From positions 1-64,000 of the forward strand of contig JBEKIW010000006.1 of assembly GCA_050011565.1 (NCBI GenBank): a stretch of DNA of 64,000 bases, written 5' to 3'. Below, in pieces: positions 1 to 7,654 of this stretch (positions are counted from its first letter, which is position 1; every line of letters starts with the position of its first letter). The notes beneath the pieces were generated by a model. That model did no database searches, had not been told where the DNA came from, and saw only the letters and a program-made list of their open reading frames with translations. Source of the stretch: Dehalococcoidia bacterium (GTDB lineage: Bacteria; Chloroflexota; Dehalococcoidia; GIF9; UBA5629). The translations under genes and the position numbers were made by a program.

Positions 1-1
1 A

Positions 2-646
2 AACTTTGCCACCGCAATTGACGGCGTGAATACTCCGGAGCTGCAACAAGCTGACAACGACTATGCGGTTGGTCTGCTGATTCAAAAGATCGCAGACAGC
101 AAGTACGCCAACAACACGCTGATCTTTATCATTGAAGACGACGCCCAGGATGGACCTGATCACGTCGATTCGCATCGCAGCCCTGCCTACATCGTCGGTG
201 CTTATGTGAAGCAGGGTGCACTGATCTCCACGCAGTACAACACCATCGACTTTTTGCGCACGATAGAAATGGTCCTGGGCCTCCCGCCGATGAACCTGAA
301 CGACGCACTCGGGAGACCCATGGCTGATGTCTTCAACACGACGCCGAGCAAGTGGAGCTTTACCGCCGCTCCCTCACCGGCTCTCTACAATACAGAACTG
401 CCGCTGCCTCCCAAGTCGGCCAGCCTGATCGTGCCCAGGCCAACGCACGACGCGGAATACTGGGCAGAGGTCACGAAAGGGATGGACTTTACCTCCGCAG
501 ATAAGATGGATTTCCCGACCTACAATCGCATCCTTTGGACAGGGTTGATGAGCGGTCAACTTTATCCCGCCGCACCGACCGGAATGGACCTGAGGCAGAA
601 CCGCAAAGAGCTCCTCGCGAGATACGAACAGTCTCTGAAGCAATGA
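2..646 (+). CDS. C-terminal part of a phosphoesterase/alkaline-phosphatase-superfamily protein (YncE-phosphoesterase fusion type); 5' truncated by the window edge
   Basis: Frame open from base 2; motif IFIIEDDAQDGPDHVDSHRS; visibly GC-richer than the DNA that follows. Confidence 0.7.
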   Translation, partial: NFATAIDGVNTPELQQADNDYAVGLLIQKIADSKYANNTLIFIIEDDAQDGPDHVDSHRSPAYIVGAYVKQGALISTQYNTIDFLRTIEMVLGLPPMNLNDALGRPMADVFNTTPSKWSFTAAPSPALYNTELPLPPKSASLIVPRPTHDAEYWAEVTKGMDFTSADKMDFPTYNRILWTGLMSGQLYPAAPTGMDLRQNRKELLARYEQSLKQ

Positions 647-740
647 CCCGTTTGGCGTAGGCGGCTACAACTATCCAGAAGGAAGTCTGGGTGAATTCTA
701 TTTGCTTCGTCGGGAAATTAACAATCGTTGTAGACAGTGA

Positions 741-768
741 CATTCTAATAAAACGGTTTATTAGAATT
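741..768. repeat. Palindromic site with 11-6-11 Xer/dif-like geometry
   Basis: CATTCTAATAA-AACGGT-TTATTAGAATT; perfect 11-bp inverted repeat at 742-752/757-767; TAA-N6-TTA core. Confidence 0.5.
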
Positions 769-1128
769 TTGCCTTCTATCTATGCTCGTATACTGCCTGC
801 TGCCCATCTCTTCCAGTTGCAAGGAACAATCTGACTGAGCACTGCCTTTTTTAGTCAGTCTGACGCACTATTTGGTTCTCCTTTTTATTGTCTTCAATGT
901 AATTGAACCAAAGCCTGTATTGTGCAACCCTGATTAAGAGGCCGGGCAGTCAAATACGCCTCGGATCTCCGTCAATTTTTTAAGGCAAATGTCTATATTT
1001 ATTAAGGTATATTATCTGCCTGTTTAAGTAAACACTTGTCCACAAATGTTGAGCCCATGCCCCCCGTATTCTTTAGCCTCGCCCTTGGACAGCAGCCAAA
1101 TATACTGCTTTGTGCATCTACTCAACTT

Positions 1129-1668
1129 CTAACGGAATAAGAAGTCAAGTATCCCATCTTCTGCTTTGTCGGGATGCTTATTGGGTTCAGTCTGAGCATC
1201 ATCACGCCCACTACTAACTTCCTGTTTACTGACCTCCAAGAAACTGACTCTACGGCAAAGATCATCTACCGATTTTGTAATTCTATTCAGTGTCTCCTCA
1301 AGCTGAACGACTTTGCTGCTCGCGGTGTCTTTTTTAGGACTGCTTCCCAACGCCATGAGTTTATCTTCAAGCTTACCAAGTTTCTCCTTGATAGCTTGGA
1401 GTTCGTTATTAATGTCTTTGCCAATCTGTTGGTATGTATCCTCAAACGCACATACCTTGGATCTTAGAGTCTCAATTTCCGCTTTGCTAGAGTCCCCATT
1501 TCCCTCAGCCTTAGCAGTCTGTTCCTGCTCAAGCCTGGCCACTTCATTATTCTGCTCCACCATCGGGGCTTTGGCAGGGTTGTCTCGATTAGGCTTGACC
1601 TTAGCCTTAGGCTTTCCCTCTTGAAAGGACACGTCAACCAGTCGGTAAAACTCTTCAGCAGTCTTCAT
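1129..1668 (-). CDS. Hypothetical coiled-coil protein
   Basis: 179-aa ORF with E/K/L heptad-rich middle; GGAGG RBS; overlaps the stop of the upstream Zn-ribbon ORF. Confidence 0.65.
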   Translation of the reverse strand: MKTAEEFYRLVDVSFQEGKPKAKVKPNRDNPAKAPMVEQNNEVARLEQEQTAKAEGNGDSSKAEIETLRSKVCAFEDTYQQIGKDINNELQAIKEKLGKLEDKLMALGSSPKKDTASSKVVQLEETLNRITKSVDDLCRRVSFLEVSKQEVSSGRDDAQTEPNKHPDKAEDGILDFLFR

Positions 1669-1867
1669 CTTTACCCTCCATCGTCTCTATGACTTTTTTA
1701 GCGAATAATTGATAGGCTGGTTCCTCTCGAATATAGAACTGGCAACCGCAGCCCCCATCCTTGGTAAAACACGAGTATAGTGGACGGTTCGATTTACTCA
1801 GAACCACCTTAACTCGGTGCCCGCAGAGCAGACACCTCACAAATATTTCCTTTTCTACCTTAACCAT
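1655..1867 (-). CDS. Small zinc-ribbon protein (possible excisionase or regulator)
   Basis: CLLC...CFTKDGGCGC Cys pattern; divergent from the integrase. Confidence 0.6.
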   Translation of the reverse strand: MVKVEKEIFVRCLLCGHRVKVVLSKSNRPLYSCFTKDGGCGCQFYIREEPAYQLFAKKVIETMEGKDEDC

Positions 1868-1903
1868 TACCGTAATACCTTAACCCCTCTTACCTTGGGC
1901 AGC

Positions 1904-2764
1904 ATGAGTTATGGCAACCTCAAAAAAGCTCTGGACTCTTTGGTGTGGAAAAGTTATGATTGGCCTACCATCAATGTCAGGTCTTTCATATTTCTTGATA
2001 AATTCCTGCAATCCCGCAGACAAGGTTCATCCGTTAGAACTATCGAATTCTATGAATGTTGCCTTAAGCCATTTGTCCTGAACTATGAGCTTACTACCGA
2101 GGGCATAAATCAATTCCTAAGAAGTCTTGCATGCGGTAATGGCAAGCATGGATATTACCGAGCTATAAGGGCATTCTGTAACTGGCTGTACAGGAATGGT
2201 TATGTCAAGTCCAACCCTATCGAGAATGTCGATCCTCCGAAACAATCAAGAAAGCTATTGCCATGTCTTAATGAAGATGAGGTCGAGTACATACTTGAAC
2301 AGGCAAGAAATGTCCGGGATCGGGCTATTATCAGTTTATTTGTTGATAGCGGTATAAGACTTAATGAACTGGTAAACATCAGGCTTGATGATATTGACTG
2401 GGAAAGCCAGACTGTAATGATTATGGGTAAAGGCAATAAGCAACGGAAAGCCCTGTTCACTGAGCGGACTGCGTCTATGCTTAAGCAGTTGAACATGGAT
2501 AATGAGCATGGGAATATCTGGGGAATGACCAGACGAGGAATAATGATCATGCTCTACCGGTTACATAAGCAGACTGGGTTACCGTCTAATCCTCATACAT
2601 TCAGGCGGACATTTGCATCGAATCTACATAGGCATGGATTGGATGTTGAGCATATTATGAGGTTAGGAGGATGGGAGAGCCTTGATATGGTGCTAAGGTA
2701 TACAAAGAGCGTGAAGTTTGAGGAGAGCTTGAAGGTATACAGGGAACTTGAGAGCATGGGTTAA
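1904..2764 (+). CDS. Tyrosine recombinase/integrase (XerC/D-like)
   Basis: SAM-like N-domain, then GIRLNEL (R), KGNK (K), HTFRR, LGGW and LRY catalytic Tyr; ATG 1904 chosen over GTG 1817. Confidence 0.93.
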   Translation: MSYGNLKKALDSLVWKSYDWPTINVRSFIFLDKFLQSRRQGSSVRTIEFYECCLKPFVLNYELTTEGINQFLRSLACGNGKHGYYRAIRAFCNWLYRNGYVKSNPIENVDPPKQSRKLLPCLNEDEVEYILEQARNVRDRAIISLFVDSGIRLNELVNIRLDDIDWESQTVMIMGKGNKQRKALFTERTASMLKQLNMDNEHGNIWGMTRRGIMIMLYRLHKQTGLPSNPHTFRRTFASNLHRHGLDVEHIMRLGGWESLDMVLRYTKSVKFEESLKVYRELESMG

Positions 2765-2800
2765 AAGGGTTAGATGGGTTAATAAAATAATGTATGGGCT
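2758..2800 (+). repeat. Module left-end site L1
   Basis: 2766-2800 matches 3434-3468 at 33/35; 2758-2772 is a perfect 15-bp inverted repeat of 3389-3403; contains the integrase stop codon. Confidence 0.85.
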
Positions 2801-2871
2801 GCTAATTTCCCGAATCTATTATATAATGACACTTATACTCTCCCAAACCAAAATAACAAAGGGGAAAGACC

Positions 2872-3330
2872 ATGGCTTGGAAATTACCCAAACGAATTAG
2901 AGAGAAACAGTTTTCCATCTATTCAATTCCTTGGGCATTTTTGCTCCTTATGCTATCGATATCTATATTATGTATTGCAATGGCATATAATCTCTATGCG
3001 GTATACATGATCCTTCCAGGTCATTTGGTCACTATGAACACTCTCTTTTTTCTAGGGTCCGCCCAAATTATGGGGAGTGTGGGGTTTATTCTACTTGTCA
3101 TTACAGTAGTATTACTTATTTCCAAACTCTTGTCTAAGACAAAAGACCCTGTAAAAGAAGACCTCGCAAAAATACATAAAGACAGTAGAAATATGGCACG
3201 TGAGATACATGAATTACGTATGTCTCTAGATAACTTTGTCAAATCTTTTCAGGGGGTTAGTAATGCCCAAACAACCATAAAGGCGAAGACAGACAAAAGG
3301 AAAAAGGAAGAGAAGGGTGGAAAAACATAA
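2872..3330 (+). CDS. Hypothetical membrane protein (two TM helices, basic coiled-coil tail)
   Basis: 152-aa ORF; two hydrophobic segments; purine-rich RBS. Confidence 0.7.
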   Translation: MAWKLPKRIREKQFSIYSIPWAFLLLMLSISILCIAMAYNLYAVYMILPGHLVTMNTLFFLGSAQIMGSVGFILLVITVVLLISKLLSKTKDPVKEDLAKIHKDSRNMAREIHELRMSLDNFVKSFQGVSNAQTTIKAKTDKRKKEEKGGKT

Positions 3331-3360
3331 GATAACCAGAGACCAGAATTCTAAGATATC

Positions 3361-3468
3361 CCCATATACTTAAAAACCCTAACCTTATTAACCCTTTTAA
3401 CCCTTGCGCTTGGACTCTAAGCTGTAGGGTAATAGGGTCAGATGGGTTAATAAAATAGTGTATGGGCT
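3361..3468. repeat. Composite junction site R1+L2 forming a long imperfect inverted repeat
   Basis: CCCATATAC (3361) pairs with GTGTATGGG (3458-3466); TAACCC runs face GGGTAA/GGGTCA/GGGTTA runs; R1 (3364-3386) matches 5049-5071 at 22/23. Confidence 0.85.
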
Positions 3469-3574
3469 TGTTTGTTTGGAGTCCTGACCATCCCCGAATG
3501 GATCAAACTCCGGTCACATTTTGGCTATGTGGGTATCCTTTTAAAGAATTACTAAACAATCTCCAAGAAAGCAC

Positions 3575-3603
3575 TTGACATCTTTGGTATTATCAGGTAC
3601 AAA
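3575..3603 (+). promoter_or_regulatory. Sigma70-type promoter for the 3710 gene
   Basis: TTGACA-17 nt-TACAAA. Confidence 0.55.
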
Positions 3604-3709
3604 TATTCTAATCTAGACTCACAGTATCAATGTAAATAGGAGCCGTTAAGTTGCCACTCTGTAAATGGCCGGTTAGATGGCGGGAAGCCTACGGTGAAAG
3701 AGGTTGAAA

Positions 3710-4288
3710 ATGGAGATATCACATAAATCAGACTCAAGTCCGGTATTCGGCAGTCCAGAAAGACATATCACCAAGGAACAATTGAAGGTGTGTATCTACA
3801 CTCCCACTTGCATGCTCAGCGGATATATTCATTGCTTGCAGAGGCAACGCCTTTTGGACCTACTCAACAACGTAGTGGTAGGCGAATTGCGTCTTGGCAC
3901 CGACTTTTTGCCTGTGACAGAAGCCACCAGCCACAACCAGGATGGCACAGAAACAACAACGCAATTGACCCTAATTAATAAGGCAAACATCCTCTTCATA
4001 AATGAGATTGAGCAACATGGAGAGCCCAGTACAGAGGCAAGTTATAAGTTACCTACAGCGAGAGAGAAATTACCTATCATCGCCAAGCTCCACATACCAC
4101 CCTATATACTCAGCGGAGAGATGCATTGTGCCAAAGGGCATCGATTGTCAGACTTGCTAAATACCAAGGATATGTTCCTACCTATGACAAATGTGGATAT
4201 AGTCCCCTCATCGGGTATCAGACAATCGGCTGTCTTTGTAGCTGTTAATAAGGCGCAGATAATCTATGCCGAGGAGACATCGCCGTAA
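3710..4288 (+). CDS. Hypothetical protein with an internal domain duplication (DUF6812-like)
   Basis: Two copies of LSGxxHC...RLxDLLN...FLPxT...NKAxI. Confidence 0.7.
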   Translation: MEISHKSDSSPVFGSPERHITKEQLKVCIYTPTCMLSGYIHCLQRQRLLDLLNNVVVGELRLGTDFLPVTEATSHNQDGTETTTQLTLINKANILFINEIEQHGEPSTEASYKLPTAREKLPIIAKLHIPPYILSGEMHCAKGHRLSDLLNTKDMFLPMTNVDIVPSSGIRQSAVFVAVNKAQIIYAEETSP

Positions 4289-4355
4289 GTCGATTCAAAT
4301 ATATATAAAAAGGCTATTGGCAGTCCTTCTCTTTCTTTTTTATCCATCATTCAAA

Positions 4356-4973
4356 CTACTTAAGCCAAACCCAATTATCTGATGTCTGTGATTGGACCTT
4401 GTAGTTACTAGGTACACAAAGAATCTTAACCGTAGGCCATTGCTTTTTTTGATCTGCTAATTGCTCTCGTAATTTGTAGTAATACTCTTTCATTATCTCT
4501 CTGTCGAAATCCAATTGGACAAAGTTGAGAAAGTATGGATTTTGCACTCGGTTGTCCTGATCAGTAAGTTTTTCAATGTCCCATTTTACTATGTCGAGTA
4601 CTTCCTTAGTGTTTAATCTATCTACCCATATTTTAACTTCGACAGCAATCAGCAATTTAACCCTCGATAGAAAATCGTCCCAAGGCGCCCATGGTTTGAA
4701 GGCGAGGACATTTGGGTCTCTAAATGATACAGGTTCCAAAATTACCAAGTCATAGTGACCTCTAGCCCTTCTCTTACCATACTTATTAATGGTTGGAAAT
4801 TCTGCACGAATGAGCTCAATTGCCTGAGCTTTCTCGAGTATGTCATTGTTCCTGAGATTAAATAGAAGGTTCCAATGTATGTCCCGTTCCGTCCAGTATC
4901 TATCAGGCCAACTTTGGAAATCTGTAACAACTTGACCAATCGCCCTCTCAAGTGCTTCTATGAGTTTTATCAC
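4356..4973 (-). CDS. Putative PD-(D/E)xK nuclease-fold protein
   Basis: TERDI helix, GHYDLVIL and IAVEVK motifs; AT-rich. Confidence 0.55.
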   Translation of the reverse strand: MIKLIEALERAIGQVVTDFQSWPDRYWTERDIHWNLLFNLRNNDILEKAQAIELIRAEFPTINKYGKRRARGHYDLVILEPVSFRDPNVLAFKPWAPWDDFLSRVKLLIAVEVKIWVDRLNTKEVLDIVKWDIEKLTDQDNRVQNPYFLNFVQLDFDREIMKEYYYKLREQLADQKKQWPTVKILCVPSNYKVQSQTSDNWVWLK

Positions 4974-5048
4974 TACCAACTCCGAATCAGCTGGGATTAG
5001 ACGTATCTACTGCAATTATACTCTTGCCTAAACTACAATAGAATACTT

Positions 5049-5090
5049 ATATATTTAAAAACCCTAACCTTTCTATCCCTACACAGCTTA
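5049..5090 (+). repeat. Module right-end site R2
   Basis: ATATATTTAAAAACCCTAACCTT is 22/23 identical to R1; the following CTATCCCTACACAGCTTA is an imperfect inverted repeat of 3418-3435. Confidence 0.8.
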
Positions 5091-5124
5091 TATATTCAAA
5101 CTCCAACACTCCCCCAACCTAACC

Positions 5125-5445
5125 TTCTGCACTCTGCGCCCTGCAACTTCCTGCAGTAATGCCTAGCCCAGGGCTCCCCTGCCTTCTGGAATTCAAAAAC
5201 TAATGCAGGCGGCTTCTGCAGATAATGCAGGTAGCAGAAAACGCCACTTACCAGATGTCAGACTAAGCACTTGGTTTTATCCATGACAAACCTAAGTTGC
5301 AAATCCTGCGCACAAATTTAAAAATCGCAGAAACACTGTTAAAGGACACCAACATTCAATCGGATAGCCGCTAGATTTGAAGCGCAGGAACTGTAGAAAC
5401 CAGATTCGGTCAATGTGGCATCCTCATGCAGAAAATGCAGAGGAG
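5125..5445. repeat. Cluster of inverted CTGCA/TGCAG pentamers (iteron-like)
   Basis: CTGC(A/G) at 5127, 5134, 5141, 5151; (T/A)GCAG at 5204, 5217, 5226, 5233, 5427, 5436; no convincing ORF. Confidence 0.55.
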
Positions 5446-5463
5446 CTAAGTTATACCAATTAG

Positions 5464-5712
5464 CTACAAGATCTTTGACAGTAGAACAAGAGTCAACATG
5501 ACCAGTGCGAATACGGCAAAGAAAATTCCAAAGATTCTGTATATCCATATTTCGCGGTTTCGTAAACGTAGGTTAGCATCATTGTCATCGGATCTTGCTA
5601 CTTTCCCCCAAAACCGAGTGATCCAATCTACTAACCTGTCAGAAAAAATAGCCATTAATATTCCCGACAAGAAAACTAAAGAATAAATAATTGATATAGC
5701 TATTATTGACAT
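5464..5712 (-). CDS. Small two-TM membrane protein
   Basis: 82 aa with two hydrophobic helices; overlaps the upstream gene stop. Confidence 0.6.
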   Translation of the reverse strand: MSIIAISIIYSLVFLSGILMAIFSDRLVDWITRFWGKVARSDDNDANLRLRNREIWIYRIFGIFFAVFALVMLTLVLLSKIL

Positions 5713-6287
5713 GGTAAAGGTCCAATATGCCTGGCTATAGTCTCCAAGATATCAAATAATTCGAGACTGGGTAAGAAATAGCTCGTTCTGATCCTTGTAC
5801 ATCTATACTTTGGTTCGGGCACAATTTCCAGAAGGCCGCGAAGAGACCTTAGGTCCGTATTAAGCAACTTATTTTTCAGTTGATTATCGAAATTTAATTC
5901 TCGCACTAGGTCAGTATCACCTCTCCATTCCATGCCAACTATTTTGGCCGAATAAATATTGATGAAGATTAATAAGTTACCCCCGAAGCTTCGTTTCATT
6001 ATAAGCTTAGCGTAATCCTCTCTCATACTAACATGGGGACTGGAAGTCCTCACTATAAAATCTAGGTACCACATATTCAAATACCGACTACGTACATTTA
6101 CAACATTTATTACGTCGATATCTCTGCCCTCCAGTTTGATAACCCCCATAACGTGCTCCCACCATATATGAGGCTGCCCACTTATGCCCCACCAGTTAGT
6201 TTCTTTCATTACGGAGGCATTAATTCCTATCACTTGAAGATGCTCACATAGTCCTGTTACCCTTGTTCCTATTCCTAGTTCTACCAT
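5703..6287 (-). CDS. Hypothetical protein
   Basis: 194-aa ORF with GGGGAG RBS; no recognised motif. Confidence 0.65.
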   Translation of the reverse strand: MVELGIGTRVTGLCEHLQVIGINASVMKETNWWGISGQPHIWWEHVMGVIKLEGRDIDVINVVNVRSRYLNMWYLDFIVRTSSPHVSMREDYAKLIMKRSFGGNLLIFINIYSAKIVGMEWRGDTDLVRELNFDNQLKNKLLNTDLRSLRGLLEIVPEPKYRCTRIRTSYFLPSLELFDILETIARHIGPLPCQ

Positions 6288-6532
6288 GCTCCCCCCGCTT
6301 TTCGGCCAACACCGATCTCTAGTTTATTAGCCATTTCTTTTCTACCTTGTCTCAAGGCCCATAATATAACAGAAATACATTAACTTCCAAAACCTGGCAT
6401 TTTATATATTAACCAAAATTAGCTGGCCTTAAAATGCAAATAGGCATGATGCAATAAGGATATATGGATCATTTATCTTATTATTAAGGCCTCAGGGATT
6501 GGATCTGTACGGAATCAAATTTATCCTCGAAA

Positions 6533-6706
6533 TTACTGCTGTTCCTTATTAACGTCTCGTTCCACCTCAGCAACAGCTTTATAAATGAGCCTGTACGCTT
6601 CTGCTACCCATTGCGCAGGATATTTGTCCTCTCCTATTTTAGTTGGCAAATTTACCCTACCTAAAAATGCAACTAGAATATCCCTTGCTATCTCATCGTT
6701 AGACAT
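6533..6706 (-). CDS. Small hypothetical helical protein (57 aa)
   Basis: AGGAGGT RBS before ATG 6706; MSNDEIARDILVAFLG...AEAYRLIYKAV. Confidence 0.65.
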   Translation of the reverse strand: MSNDEIARDILVAFLGRVNLPTKIGEDKYPAQWVAEAYRLIYKAVAEVERDVNKEQQ

Positions 6707-6840
6707 AGTCCACCTCCTAACGATGATTATATCACTAGGCTGGAAGGCGTCAATAACGGAGGAAGCCAAGTCCAAAGCTAACCAACAAGTTGGCAAAGCT
6801 ACAGTTGACGTATGATCTAAATGTTGACATGCATAAATTC

Positions 6841-6895
6841 GAGCACCTGACTTTTGATCAGGGTGTCACAGGTTCGAATCCTGTACGGCCTACCA
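6841..6895 (+). tRNA. 3' fragment of tRNA-Lys(UUU), non-functional (attR of the island)
   Basis: GAGCA, anticodon arm CCTGA-CTTTTGA-TCAGG, T arm ACAGG-TTCGAAT-CCTGT, ACGGCCT-A-CCA; 5' acceptor strand and D-loop absent; G at position 37 instead of the usual A. Confidence 0.85.
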
Positions 6896-6919
6896 TTCAT
6901 GTCCTGTCTCGCCCGCAAG

Positions 6920-7354
6920 TCACAACTCGCCGCTCTGGGTAAGGAGAGTATATACCCCAAAAATATCTTTCGGATGTAGCCATATCTCTCTCATGCCTCG
7001 ACCGTGTCCCTTACCACCTACAAGATCAGCATCGGTTATATCACCAACTACCCGAATTCCCATCTCTTCCGCCTTAGCTCTGGCTTTGCCGGCGTCCGGA
7101 GTCTTGAATCCAACAGCATAAAGTCCCTCACCCCTCTTGTCGATGAATTTGGCGACATCGCTGTCCGGGCGGGTTGGTGATAGTATTTCCAACCTATTAT
7201 CACCGATAACGCTTATAAAACCTACCGCCTTATTTTCACCGATCTTTCTGAATTTAGCGCCCGTGAATTCCGAAAAGAATTTCTGGGCCTTTTCTATATC
7301 TTTAACGGCTATTACTACATGGCTAAGGTCGCCTATGAGTCGCTCTTCCTCCAT
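6920..7354 (-). CDS. VOC-family protein (methylmalonyl-CoA epimerase-like)
   Basis: SHVVIAVKD, LEILSP, FIDKRGEGL and HPKD motifs. Confidence 0.8.
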   Translation of the reverse strand: MEEERLIGDLSHVVIAVKDIEKAQKFFSEFTGAKFRKIGENKAVGFISVIGDNRLEILSPTRPDSDVAKFIDKRGEGLYAVGFKTPDAGKARAKAEEMGIRVVGDITDADLVGGKGHGRGMREIWLHPKDIFGVYTLLTQSGEL

Positions 7355-7654
7355 ATCTAAACCCCCTTTCAAGATTGTTATTAAATTATATAGTCATGGG
7401 CAGGAGTTCTCAAACACCTCACTTGGCAGCCACAGGAAACGCTATAAATAGGATCGAGGTTATGTATCACTAATGTTTGGACGAGTACAGCCTTTTTGCT
7501 CTTGCTCATAGTGCGTGTTAAAATGCTCAAAGCTGTCCGCTGTGTGATGTTTAGAGCCAGAACTAAGAGCATAGTACTGATATTGTCAAGCAAACATATG
7601 AAGCTGCGAGTCCATATATTGTCGACAATCTAAAACTTATTCGCGAGGTACCAG

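Larger units (their letters stand above)
1962..6896. mobile_element. Small (about 4.9 kb) integrative element targeting tRNA-Lys, bounded by an att-core direct repeat
   Basis: GGCCTACCAT at 1962-1971 and 6887-6896 (15/17 identical including the following ATGTC); integrase at the left end, tRNA 3' fragment at the right end; AT-rich hypothetical cargo. Confidence 0.7.

Noticed and set aside
489-743. Minus-strand ORF starting in the palindrome
   Set aside because: Runs antisense into the phosphoesterase gene, has no motif, and crosses a possible contig join.
2758-5090. CRISPR array, telomeric repeats or classical integron attC sites
   Set aside because: Only two copies of each end with gene-sized spacing and no cas genes; CCCTAA is not tandem; no RYYYAAC/GTTRRRY boxes or IntI-specific insertion seen.
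6820-6895. Intact tRNA-Lys gene
   Set aside because: Upstream bases cannot form the 5' acceptor strand or D-loop, so it is treated as an att fragment.
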